This document shows, piece by piece, positions 26,849-36,219 of a DNA stretch of 64,000 nt; the stretch's first letter is position 1, and each line of letters starts with the position of its first letter. The notes beneath the pieces were generated by a model. That model saw only the letters and a list, made by a program, of their open reading frames with translations, was not told the DNA's origin and searched no databases. The translations under genes and the position numbers were made by a program. The stretch is from Acutalibacteraceae bacterium. GTDB lineage: Bacteria > Bacillota > Clostridia > Oscillospirales > Acutalibacteraceae. The DNA is taken from NCBI GenBank assembly GCA_045644025.1, contig JAZRGE010000080.1, positions 17,691 to 81,690 of the forward strand, written 5' to 3'.

Positions 26849-28011
26849 TGGATTATCGAAAAGTGATAAATCCTGTTGCCGACAGCATTAAACCCTCGGG
26901 CATCCGCAAATTCTTCGATATCGTGGAAGAAATGGACGACGTGATAACCCTTGGTGTGGGCGAGCCCGATTTCCCCACCCCGTGGGCTGTGCGGCAGGCA
27001 GGAATAAGATCCCTGGAGGATGGCAAGACTCGCTACACCTCCAACTGGGGACTTAAAAAATTGCGTGAAGAAATTTCCGCTTATATGAACAGGCGCTTTG
27101 ATCTCACCTATTCCCCCGATAACGAAATACTCGTTACCGTTGGCGGAAGCGAGGCTATCGACGTGGCTATTCGCACACTTGTCTCCCCCGGAGACGAGGT
27201 GCTTATACCCGAGCCCAGCTTTGTGTGCTACAGACCTATTGTGGAGCTGGCAGGCGGCGTGCCCGTGCCTATTGTGACCAAAGCCGAAAACGATTTCAGG
27301 CTCACAGGGGATGAGCTCAGAAATGCAATCACCGGCAAGACAAAGGTGCTTATAATGCCCTTCCCCTGCAACCCCACCGGCGGTGTTATGCGAAAGGAAC
27401 ACCTGGAAGAAGTGGCACAGGTTTTGCGCGGCACCGATATAATGGTAATATCCGATGAGATCTATGCCGAGCTCACCTATGGTGAATCCCACGTTTCCAT
27501 TGCTTCTCGCGAAGGCATGGCCGAGAGAACGATCGTGATAGGCGGATTCTCCAAGAGCTATTCCATGACAGGCTGGCGCTTAGGATATGCCTGCGGCCCT
27601 AAGGAAATAATGCAGGTGGCCACAAAGATTCATCAGTTTGCCATTATGAGTGCTCCCACCACTGCCCAGTATGCCGCTATCGAGGCCCTGCGCAGTTGTG
27701 ATGAAGATCTTAAAAATATGGTGAACGACTACAATATGCGCCGCAGGTTTGTGGTGAACGGCTTCCGCAGAATAGGCTTGGATTGTTTCGAGCCCAACGG
27801 TGCCTTCTATGCCTTCCCCTGCATCAAATCCACGGGGCTTACTTCGGAAGAATTCTGCGAAAAGCTGCTTTATTCCGAAAAGGTGGCACTGGTACCCGGC
27901 AACGCCTTCGGTGAATCGGGTGAGGGATACGTGCGCGCTTCCTATTGCTATTCCATAGATCACTTAAAGGAAGCACTCCGCCGAATAGAAAATTTCCTTA
28001 AGAAATTATAA
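26845..28011 (+). CDS. Class I/II pyridoxal-phosphate-dependent aminotransferase
   Basis: 388 aa. SFSKSYSMTGWRLGY is the PLP-lysine motif and NPTGGV is also present. It overlaps the Lrp gene by 4 nt. Confidence 0.85.
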   Translation: MMDYRKVINPVADSIKPSGIRKFFDIVEEMDDVITLGVGEPDFPTPWAVRQAGIRSLEDGKTRYTSNWGLKKLREEISAYMNRRFDLTYSPDNEILVTVGGSEAIDVAIRTLVSPGDEVLIPEPSFVCYRPIVELAGGVPVPIVTKAENDFRLTGDELRNAITGKTKVLIMPFPCNPTGGVMRKEHLEEVAQVLRGTDIMVISDEIYAELTYGESHVSIASREGMAERTIVIGGFSKSYSMTGWRLGYACGPKEIMQVATKIHQFAIMSAPTTAQYAAIEALRSCDEDLKNMVNDYNMRRRFVVNGFRRIGLDCFEPNGAFYAFPCIKSTGLTSEEFCEKLLYSEKVALVPGNAFGESGEGYVRASYCYSIDHLKEALRRIENFLKKL

Positions 28012-28019
28012 AGACGTTA

Positions 28020-28056
28020 AAATATCGCCGAAGAAAATTCGGCGATATTTTTTATT
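28020..28056 (+). terminator. Rho-independent terminator
   Basis: AAATATCGCCGAA (28021-28033) pairs with TTCGGCGATATTT (28039-28051), followed by a T-run. Confidence 0.8.
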
Positions 28057-28102
28057 GAATAAACGGGATTTTATATGTAAAATAAAAATAGAGGTGATTT
28101 TA

Positions 28103-28954
28103 GTGAGCAAGAAACCCATTATAGCCTTAATGTATGATTTTGATAAAACTCTTTCCACCACCGATATGCAGGAATACAGCTTCATTCCGAGAGTTGGAGA
28201 AAGCAGCGAAGAGTTTTGGGCGCAAGCCGATGCGCTTTCCACAAAGCAAAATATGGATGGTATTCTGGCCTCGATGTACTTAATGCTCAAAAAGTGCAAT
28301 CAAAAAGATATGCCCATCACAAGAAAAAGCTTTGTGGATCTGGGCAAGGATATTAAATGGCACAAGGGCGTGAAGGATTGGTTCGGCCGTATAAATGCCT
28401 ACGGCCGTGAAGCCGGTGCGGTGGTGGAGCACTATATTATCTCCTCAGGCCTTAAGGAAGTGATCGAGGGCACGGAAATATCCCACCATTTCAAGAAGAT
28501 ATATGCCAGCGAATTTCACTACAACGCCAGCGGCATTGCCACATGGCCGCAGACCGCTATTAACTACACCGCCAAGACCCAATTCTTATTCCGCATCAAC
28601 AAGGGCATTCTGGATATTTCAGATGATAGCCTGCTCAATCGTGGCATGGCCGAAGAAGAAAGGCGCATTCCCTTTTCCAATATGATCTATCTTGGAGACG
28701 GAATGACCGACGTGCCCTGCATGAAACTTGTTAAGGAATATGGCGGCCACTCCATTGCCGTGTACCCATCCAAAGATGCCCATAATTCCAACGTGGCCGA
28801 GCTGATACGTGCCGACCGTGTGAATTTTGCCACCCCCACCGATTACTCCGAGGGCGGCACACTGGATAAGACGGTGAAGGCCATAATCAAAAAGATCGTA
28901 GCCGATCAAAATCTTCGCAATATGCGGGATAAGCAGTTCAAAAAATTTGATTAA
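28103..28954 (+). CDS. HAD-superfamily hydrolase (subfamily IB-like)
   Basis: A GTG start follows GAGGTGA. MYDFDKTLS is the DxDxT motif, and YLGDGMTDVPCM is also present. Confidence 0.7.
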   Translation: MSKKPIIALMYDFDKTLSTTDMQEYSFIPRVGESSEEFWAQADALSTKQNMDGILASMYLMLKKCNQKDMPITRKSFVDLGKDIKWHKGVKDWFGRINAYGREAGAVVEHYIISSGLKEVIEGTEISHHFKKIYASEFHYNASGIATWPQTAINYTAKTQFLFRINKGILDISDDSLLNRGMAEEERRIPFSNMIYLGDGMTDVPCMKLVKEYGGHSIAVYPSKDAHNSNVAELIRADRVNFATPTDYSEGGTLDKTVKAIIKKIVADQNLRNMRDKQFKKFD

Positions 28955-28960
28955 CACAAA

Positions 28961-28993
28961 GTAAAACGCCCCGGAAATTCCGGGGCGTTTTAC
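28961..28993. terminator. Bidirectional rho-independent terminator
   Basis: GTAAAACGCCCCGGA and TCCGGGGCGTTTTAC form a near-perfect palindrome between convergent genes. Confidence 0.8.
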
Positions 28994-29019
28994 TGCTTGT
29001 TCTCTATATGAAGGTAGTG

Positions 29020-30405
29020 TTAGTCGAGAGATGCGTTGTAGGTATCGATGAGATTCTTGAAGGTGTTCACAAACGATGCCTCAGTGGCGGCAATGGTGTT
29101 TTCCTTTCTCATAGCAGCCTGCCAGGGCTTCTCGATGTTGGGATAGAACACGTTGTCGTCCAGCAGATATTTTGCAAAGTAGATCGATTTAGCAGGTTCT
29201 GCATACTGATACTTATAAACCAGATCAATAGAATCTTTATCGGGAACCTTTGCTTCGATAGAAGCCTTCTTGGCTGCTGCGCGCTCGGTAGAAGCATAGG
29301 GAGATTTATGCACGGCTTCGTAAACGGTGGCAACCTTCTTGGCCCAATCGTCGCTCACGGAAGCAGGAATAAACCTAACATTGATGGTGCCAACGCTGCG
29401 GGTAAATTCGTCGCCTGCATTCATAGCAGGGAAAGGTACAACGCCCCAGTTGGTAACTTCGCTTTCGTTGAGAGTATCGGGGCCGCCTGCCATAGAGCTG
29501 GAATACATGGAGATCTTACCGCTCATAAACTTCTCGGGAGCATCGCTCCAAGCGCTGCCCACCATGCCTTGAGAGGGAACATAGCAGTTGCCCGAGTTCA
29601 TAAGATCGCGAACCTTATTGGCCATTGCCTGGTATTCGGGATCGTTAGCGCCGTAAACTGCCTTACCGTCGTCTCCCAAATAGACCATAGACTTACCGAT
29701 AGCGGAAACAACAAAATTATCTATATATCCGGTTTCGGGGGACATATAAAGGCCGTAGGTGGCAACGTAGCCATCGCTCTCCTTCTTGGTGAGCTTTGTT
29801 ACGTATTCCTCAAACTTAGCCCAATCCCATTTGCCTTCGTTGAAAAGCTTGGTGGGATATTCAAGGCCTGCACGATCCATGTGATCCTTATTGTAGAAAA
29901 GGATGTTGGAGAGCCAGTGCACGTCGAAAGACCAGGCATAGGTCTTGCCATCCTTGGTGTAGCGCTCTCTTATTGCCTGATTATATTCAAAATCTTCGGA
30001 ATCAAAATGCATAAGCTGGCTCACGTCTTTAAGAGAGCCCTTTTTGGCGTAAACGTCGGCCTGCTCCGAGCGCATAACGATAATATCGGCCCAAGTATCG
30101 CCCGACATAAGAGAGGCATCAAAATTGGTCTTCATATCGATCTGGTTAACAATGATATCCTCAAACTCAAAGTTGTACTTAGCCATAGCATCAACATACT
30201 GCTGATACATAAGCCTTTCTTCTTCGGTAACGGCGTCTGCCTTGGGAATATTGGTGAACCAGGCAGCGATCTTAACCTTTTTTCCTTCCAGATTGATCTC
30301 TCCGCTGCCGCCGCCCTGATTGCCGCCTGCGGGCTTACATCCCACAAGGGAGCAAACAAGTGCTACTGCCAGCAGAAGAGTGATAACTCTTGCAAATCTT
30401 TTCAT
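29020..30405 (-). CDS. ABC-transporter extracellular solute (sugar)-binding lipoprotein
   Basis: The start is set at MKRFARVITLLLAVALVCSLVGC (lipobox) behind AGGAGG. The 461-aa length and composition resemble family-1 sugar-binding proteins. Confidence 0.75.
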   Translation of the reverse strand: MKRFARVITLLLAVALVCSLVGCKPAGGNQGGGSGEINLEGKKVKIAAWFTNIPKADAVTEEERLMYQQYVDAMAKYNFEFEDIIVNQIDMKTNFDASLMSGDTWADIIVMRSEQADVYAKKGSLKDVSQLMHFDSEDFEYNQAIRERYTKDGKTYAWSFDVHWLSNILFYNKDHMDRAGLEYPTKLFNEGKWDWAKFEEYVTKLTKKESDGYVATYGLYMSPETGYIDNFVVSAIGKSMVYLGDDGKAVYGANDPEYQAMANKVRDLMNSGNCYVPSQGMVGSAWSDAPEKFMSGKISMYSSSMAGGPDTLNESEVTNWGVVPFPAMNAGDEFTRSVGTINVRFIPASVSDDWAKKVATVYEAVHKSPYASTERAAAKKASIEAKVPDKDSIDLVYKYQYAEPAKSIYFAKYLLDDNVFYPNIEKPWQAAMRKENTIAATEASFVNTFKNLIDTYNASLD

Positions 30406-30490
30406 AGTGCAAATCCTCCTTGAAAATTTTACTGCAATTCTATAATACCATATTTTTGCCGAGTTGCAACGCCGCAAAGCGATTTTTTAA

Positions 30491-30525
30491 GGTCCTGATT
30501 TAGCGGAAAAAATGTCCTTATTTGC
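30491..30525 (-). promoter_or_regulatory. 35-bp direct-repeat operator, site 1 (candidate AraC-family binding site)
   Basis: Read toward the binding-protein gene it is GCAAATAAGGACATTTTTTCCGCTAAATCAGGACC. It matches site 2 (36098-36132) at 31 of 35 positions. It ends 86 nt from the binding-protein ATG and 21 nt upstream of TTGCAA-16-TATTAT. Confidence 0.6.
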
Positions 30526-30683
30526 AGAAAAATTACTTCATATTTTCAAAAAATGGCTTTACTACGCGGTTTTTGGAAGCTTCGTTGATAACTTTAAGTC
30601 GCAAAGCGTCTTATTTTGTTGTGTTGAAATGTTAATTGAATTATGATATAAAAAGGATAGCCTAAAAAAAGGAGATATAGCTT

Positions 30684-33600
30684 ATGCTTTATAAGAAAAA
30701 CAAGGCTTCGAGCCTTTCGGAATACACCTTCAAAAATCCGGGAGCAGAATACCGTTGCACCCCCTTCTGGGCGCTCAACTGCAAGCTGGATAAGGATCTT
30801 ATGGCACGGCAGATAGATTTCTTTAAGGAAATGGGATTTGGTGGAGCACATATGCACGTGCGCACAGGCCTTGCCACAGAATATCTAAGCGAAGAATTTA
30901 TGGATATAATTGCAGCCTGTTGTGATAAATTTGAGAGCAACGATATGCTGGGCTGGCTCTACGATGAAGACCGCTATTCCTCCGGTTATGCAGGCGGCAA
31001 GGTTACCTGCGACCCGCGTTTCCGCCGCAGAGAGCTGCATTTCTACACCGAAAACAAATATTGGAACACCCCCAAGGAAGAGGCCATAAAAAAAGCAGAG
31101 CCATATCTTTTGGCCTGCTACGATATTGTGCTGAACAGCGATGGCACACTTAAAAGTTACAACCGCATAGATCCCGACGCCGCAGCCGAGGGCACCAAGT
31201 GGTACGCCTATTCCGAGCCCGATTGGCCCAGCACCTGGCACAACAGATTCACCTATGTGGATGTAATGAACAAGGAAGCCACCGAAAAATTTATTGAGAC
31301 TACCTACGAGCTTTACTACGAAAAGCTGGGCGATAGGTTTGATAAATCGGTGCCCGCCATTTTCACAGACGAGCCTCAGATAATGCATAAATTTATGCAA
31401 AATGCCCTGCGGGATGCCTTCGAGCGGCAGTTCCAGCGCTTTGGCTGGAGCCGCTTCTTTGAGGAAGAATTTTTTGCAGCCTGGGGCGAAGATGCAATAG
31501 ATTCTCTCCCCCTGCTTATTTGGTATGCCCCCAACAGAGCCGATGCTCCTTTCAAATATAAATACTACGATCTGTGCGGCCGCCTGATGCAGCAGAATTT
31601 CTGCAAGGTGCTGGGAGATTGGTGCGAATCCCACAACATTGCCTTCACAGGCCACATGCTGGATGAGCCCGCTCTTCTTTATCAGATGTATGCCTGCGCA
31701 GAATGTATGCGCCACTATGGCGATTTCCAGATTCCCGGCATAGATATGCTCTCCAATAATTATCAGTACACCACCGCCAAGCAGTGCCAATCGGTAGTGC
31801 ACCAGCAGGGCAAGGAAGGTATGATGTCGGAACTCTACGGTGTTACAAACTGGGATTTCGATTTTATGGGCCATAAATCTCAGGGAGACTGGCAGGCAGC
31901 GCTGGGCGTCACCGTGCGCGTGCCACACCTTTCCTGGCTTTCTATGGCAGGTGAATCCAAGCGCGACTATCCCGCAACAATTTCCTATCAGTCTCCTTGG
32001 TTTAGAGAATATCCTTTTATAGAGGATCACTTTGCCAGGGTGAACACAGCCCTTACCCGTGGCAAGGCTATTGTGAACATCGGAGTTATTCACCCCGTGG
32101 AAAGCATGTGGATCACCATGGGCCCCACCGCCCAGTACGGAGCCGATGTAGATGCTCTGGAAAAAGATTTTAAGGATATTACCGAATGGCTTATTAAGAA
32201 CCATTTGGATTTCGATTTTATCTGCGAATCCACCCTGCCCGATATGGTGAAGGCAGACGATGCAAAGGCCGTGGGTCAGAGCCGCTATGAGGCAATCATT
32301 GTGCCTAAGTGCCACACCCTTCGCACCACCACAATTAAGTTCTTGGAGACCTTTGCAGCTGAAGGTGGAAAGGTGATATTCACCGATTCTTGCCCCACCT
32401 TTGCCGATGGTGTGCCCTCGGATGCGGCTTCGGCTATTTATAGTTCTTCTGCCAAAGCTGCCACCTGCAGCGAAGATTTAGCTGCCAAGCTGGATGAAGC
32501 ACGCGAGATCGCTATCAGCACCGATTGGAATCAGGGAGAAAGGTTTATCTACAACTACCGCCAAGATACTGATTGCCGCTGGCTCTTTATTGCCCGCCGC
32601 TTCCAGGCCCCTAAGGATGAAACCGATGCCCAAAATATCACTATAAAAATAAAGGGCAGTTTCCGCCCTGTTGAGTACGATACCGTGAGCGGCAATATAC
32701 TGCCCATAAGCTACAAGGCCGAAGGCGGCTACACTGTGGTCACCAAAAAAATTCATTCCTACGATAGCCTGCTGCTCAAATTGGAAGCAGGCGAAGGCGA
32801 ATACACCGCCGATAATGCCTGCGAAATGAGCGGCAATAGATTCGAAACCCTTGGCTGGAACTACACTCTGAGCGAAGGCAATGTTCTGCTGCTGGATCAG
32901 GCAGAATTTGCTTTGGATAACGGCGAATGGCAACCCAAGGAGGAGATGCTGCGGCTGGACAATATTCTGCGTGATCAGCTGGGCTATCCAAGACGTGATG
33001 GCGATCTGGCCCAGCCCTACACCATTAAGTCGCTCACTGCAGGGCACACCGCTCACCTGCGCTTCACCTTCGAGAGCGAAGCCGAGGTAGTCGGCGCCAC
33101 ACTTTCTATTGAAGAGGCCGAAAAGGCAGAATTCAACTTCAACGGATCCAAGGTAGACAACACAATCATTGGCTACTACACCGACGAAAGCATAAAGACA
33201 ATCGCCCTTGGCACCATAAAGAAGGGCGTGAACGTGCTGGAAGTGCACGTCCCCTTTGATGAAGTGACCAACCTTGAATGGGTCTACATTTTGGGCGATT
33301 TCGGCGTGAAGATAGAAGACGATATCCCTAAAATAACAGCGAAGGCTCCTTCGTTGTCCTTTGGTGATACCGTGCCGCAGGGAATGCCCTTCTACGGCGC
33401 CAACATCACCTACTCCACAACAATATCCTTGGAAGAAGACGGCGTTGTGAAGGTGGCTGTGCCCGAATTTATAGGCGCGGCTCTCACCTTGGATATTGAT
33501 GGCAAGCGAGTGGGCAATCTTTCCCTGCCGCCCTTCGCCACAGAAACCGCCCTTTCGGCAGGCAATCACACCGTGGCGATCACACTTTTCGGCAACCGAT

Positions 33601-33752
33601 TCAACAGCTTCGGGCAGCTGCATTGCACCGATCTTTCGGGCTGGCTTGGCCCCGAAAAGTGGAGAAGCGAAGGCGAAAAGTGGACCTATGGCTACCGCCT
33701 GAAGCCTGTGGGAATAATGATTGAACCCGTGATAGAGATAATAGAAAAATAA
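30684..33752 (+). CDS. Large cytoplasmic glycoside-hydrolase-like protein (family uncertain; N-terminus resembles the GH106-like 'glycosyl hydrolase with jelly-roll' group)
   Basis: 1022 aa with no signal peptide. The N-terminus reads CTPFWALNCKLDKDLMARQIDFFKEMGFGGAHMHVRTGL..YLSEEFMD...WLYDEDRYSSGYAGG. The family assignment is from memory only. Confidence 0.5.
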   Translation: MLYKKNKASSLSEYTFKNPGAEYRCTPFWALNCKLDKDLMARQIDFFKEMGFGGAHMHVRTGLATEYLSEEFMDIIAACCDKFESNDMLGWLYDEDRYSSGYAGGKVTCDPRFRRRELHFYTENKYWNTPKEEAIKKAEPYLLACYDIVLNSDGTLKSYNRIDPDAAAEGTKWYAYSEPDWPSTWHNRFTYVDVMNKEATEKFIETTYELYYEKLGDRFDKSVPAIFTDEPQIMHKFMQNALRDAFERQFQRFGWSRFFEEEFFAAWGEDAIDSLPLLIWYAPNRADAPFKYKYYDLCGRLMQQNFCKVLGDWCESHNIAFTGHMLDEPALLYQMYACAECMRHYGDFQIPGIDMLSNNYQYTTAKQCQSVVHQQGKEGMMSELYGVTNWDFDFMGHKSQGDWQAALGVTVRVPHLSWLSMAGESKRDYPATISYQSPWFREYPFIEDHFARVNTALTRGKAIVNIGVIHPVESMWITMGPTAQYGADVDALEKDFKDITEWLIKNHLDFDFICESTLPDMVKADDAKAVGQSRYEAIIVPKCHTLRTTTIKFLETFAAEGGKVIFTDSCPTFADGVPSDAASAIYSSSAKAATCSEDLAAKLDEAREIAISTDWNQGERFIYNYRQDTDCRWLFIARRFQAPKDETDAQNITIKIKGSFRPVEYDTVSGNILPISYKAEGGYTVVTKKIHSYDSLLLKLEAGEGEYTADNACEMSGNRFETLGWNYTLSEGNVLLLDQAEFALDNGEWQPKEEMLRLDNILRDQLGYPRRDGDLAQPYTIKSLTAGHTAHLRFTFESEAEVVGATLSIEEAEKAEFNFNGSKVDNTIIGYYTDESIKTIALGTIKKGVNVLEVHVPFDEVTNLEWVYILGDFGVKIEDDIPKITAKAPSLSFGDTVPQGMPFYGANITYSTTISLEEDGVVKVAVPEFIGAALTLDIDGKRVGNLSLPPFATETALSAGNHTVAITLFGNRFNSFGQLHCTDLSGWLGPEKWRSEGEKWTYGYRLKPVGIMIEPVIEIIEK

Positions 33753-33756
33753 ATAC

Positions 33757-33786
33757 AAAAAAAGCACCCTTGCGGGTGCTTTTTTA
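33757..33786. terminator. Bidirectional rho-independent terminator
   Basis: AGCACCC (33763-33769) pairs with GGGTGCT (33774-33780). The stem is flanked by an A-run and a T-run. Confidence 0.8.
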
Positions 33787-33791
33787 TTGTC

Positions 33792-36032
33792 TTATAATCC
33801 GTGCTTTTCCATAAGAGCTTTGTACCATTTATAAGAAATGGGCGGTGCAAAGCAAAGATGGTGGCCAAGGCCCTGCTCACCGTTCACGTTCCACTTAAAG
33901 ATAAGCATCTTGGGGGTGGCGGTATCCACAGCTATATGGGTAATAAGCGTGGTGGCATTAAGGGGTGCGCCGAAATCGTAGCGGCCAATAAGTTCATCAC
34001 TCTCGGCATCAAATATCTCCAGCACACCTTGCTTTTCAGCCAATGTGTCGTTGCAGGCAAAGATATCCAGACCATCGCCGCTATCGGCAGCAAGCACTGC
34101 GAAGGGGGCTTGGGTGCGCTTCACGTAGTCGTAGGCTTTTTTGCGGGTGAAATAGTAATCCACGATCGCATCCGACATCTGCGGCCAACCGTCCAGCAGA
34201 TTCCACCAAATAATACCTGTCTTTTGCGGGCGGTCTGTGCGCATACGCTCGATAAAATATTTTTTCGCTTCGGCCTGAGATATTTGCGAAGCCGCCGCAA
34301 AATCATCCAAATTATCGGGAATCTCGCCAAAAAGCACCTTTATCTGATTAGCCATAAGCAGAGTGCGCGCTTCATTGCCTTCCTGATCGCTGGAATGCAG
34401 GATCCACTGGGGATTCTTATTGTTATAAGGCCAAACATATTCGGGATCTATAAACTTCTTTATAGATTCGGGAGCAGGGCAGCCGTGGTAGCCTGTTTCG
34501 CTCACGAAATGTGCCTTTTGGCTCCTATAATAATCGCTCTTAAAATAATCTCTGGGGCCCCAGATGTGATTTTCGGGCAGCTCCAGCTTGCCGCGGCTTT
34601 CGTAAACAGCAGGGCTCATATAAGGGGAGCTGGGAAGATAAGGCCGTGTGCCATCGTTGGCGGCCACCACGGCAGGGATTACTTTGCGAGTGAGCCTGTT
34701 TTCCTCGGGGTTTCTGGTGTCGGCAGCCATAATATCAATTTCATTATCCCCTGCCCAAAGAATAAGCGAAGGGTGATTGCGAAGCCTGCGCACAACACTT
34801 TCTACTTCTTTGGAAATCGTGGCGGCAAAGGCATCATCCTGCGGATACCATCGGCAACCCATGGCAAAATCCTGCCACACCATAATGCCGTTTCTATCGC
34901 AGAAATCAAAGAATTCGTCTGCTTCATAAACGTTGCCGCCCCAGCAGCGCACGATGTTGCAGCCGATGTCCTTCACCATTTCCAGCGCAGGGGCATAGCG
35001 CTCCTTATCGCGGCTGTGGAAAGCATCCATCGGCACCCAATTTGTACCCTTGCACATAATCTCCGTGCCGTTTATAAGAAAACGGAAGCAACCGTTTTCA
35101 CCATCGGTGTAATCCGACCTTTGCAGTTCCACCTTGCGTAGGCCATAGGTGAACTTTTGGGAATGGATAAGCTCCTCGCCCAAATATATCTCGGCGGTGC
35201 AATCATAAACATTGGCTTCACCGTAGCCATAGGGCCACCAAAGCTTTGGGTTTTGAATCACGGCAACAACCGGGGAAACCTTATCCACCACGTTCTTTCT
35301 CTCGGCGTAAAAAGTGCTGTCACTTCCGCAGGAGCCATAAAACTTAAGGCTTATATCCTTAAGCATATAGTGGGGGCATTCAAGCTGAACTGCGAAGCTT
35401 ATCTGTGTATCCGACCACGGCAGGGGCCACTTAGCAGCTATTTGAGAAAATCTTGCGATATCCCTTATTTCCAGTTTAACATCCTTCCACAGGCCGCTTG
35501 TAACGGCGCGGGGCATAATATCCCACCCAAAGGAATGGGGTGGTTTGCGGATCTTCACGTCGGATTTATATCCCATCCAGGATGCGCGAACGTCGGCCAT
35601 GCAATAATCTTGCTTATTAAGCCACACCGCAGGGGATTCCAGATGCACGCAAAGGTGATTTATGCCGTCTGTTAAATAATCGTCCACCAAAAATTCATGG
35701 GCAATAAGCATATTATCGCTCTCGCCTATCTTTTGGCCATTGAGAAAATACTCGGCAATGCAATCCACACCATCGAAAACAAGGAAGACGTTTTTTCTCG
35801 CCTCGGGAGCGGTAAAATCCGTTTCGTACCACCATTCCCAAGCCTCGTATTCTTCGGCAAGGCGGATATTTTCGCCCATAAAGAGATCCTCGGGCAAAAT
35901 GCCTTCGCGGGAAAGATCCAGCTGCACACATCCGGGCACCTGGGCTTTAAGGCTTATTCTATCAACATCAAGCTCCTGGGGTTTGCCCGAAAGCTGCCAT
36001 TGGCCGTTTAGCGAAATAGTTTGCATTTGCAT
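33792..36032 (-). CDS. Glycoside hydrolase family 2 (beta-mannosidase-like)
   Basis: 746 aa. The N-terminus is ISLNGQWQL. The motifs NIVRCWGGNVYEADEFFDFCDRNGIMVWQDFAMGC and LWAGDNE are typical of GH2 mannosidase-type enzymes. Confidence 0.8.
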   Translation of the reverse strand: MQMQTISLNGQWQLSGKPQELDVDRISLKAQVPGCVQLDLSREGILPEDLFMGENIRLAEEYEAWEWWYETDFTAPEARKNVFLVFDGVDCIAEYFLNGQKIGESDNMLIAHEFLVDDYLTDGINHLCVHLESPAVWLNKQDYCMADVRASWMGYKSDVKIRKPPHSFGWDIMPRAVTSGLWKDVKLEIRDIARFSQIAAKWPLPWSDTQISFAVQLECPHYMLKDISLKFYGSCGSDSTFYAERKNVVDKVSPVVAVIQNPKLWWPYGYGEANVYDCTAEIYLGEELIHSQKFTYGLRKVELQRSDYTDGENGCFRFLINGTEIMCKGTNWVPMDAFHSRDKERYAPALEMVKDIGCNIVRCWGGNVYEADEFFDFCDRNGIMVWQDFAMGCRWYPQDDAFAATISKEVESVVRRLRNHPSLILWAGDNEIDIMAADTRNPEENRLTRKVIPAVVAANDGTRPYLPSSPYMSPAVYESRGKLELPENHIWGPRDYFKSDYYRSQKAHFVSETGYHGCPAPESIKKFIDPEYVWPYNNKNPQWILHSSDQEGNEARTLLMANQIKVLFGEIPDNLDDFAAASQISQAEAKKYFIERMRTDRPQKTGIIWWNLLDGWPQMSDAIVDYYFTRKKAYDYVKRTQAPFAVLAADSGDGLDIFACNDTLAEKQGVLEIFDAESDELIGRYDFGAPLNATTLITHIAVDTATPKMLIFKWNVNGEQGLGHHLCFAPPISYKWYKALMEKHGL

Positions 36033-36097
36033 CGCCTCCTATGTGGTCATTTTATAATTTAGGGCCAAAAATGTCAACGGGGATAGTGCTATTTCCC

Positions 36098-36134
36098 GCA
36101 AATCAGGACACTTTTTCCGCTAAATAAGGACACC
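36098..36134 (+). promoter_or_regulatory. 35-bp direct-repeat operator, site 2
   Basis: The sequence is GCAAATCAGGACACTTTTTCCGCTAAATAAGGACA(CC). It ends 86 nt from the ATG at 36220 and 22 nt upstream of TTGAAA-17-TATGCT. Confidence 0.6.
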
Positions 36135-36219
36135 TTGAAAGGCACTTCCAATCGTTGAAAATTCTCACTCTTTGTGATATGCTTACATTGTATTAAATTA
36201 GGAAGGATGTTTTCTTTTT

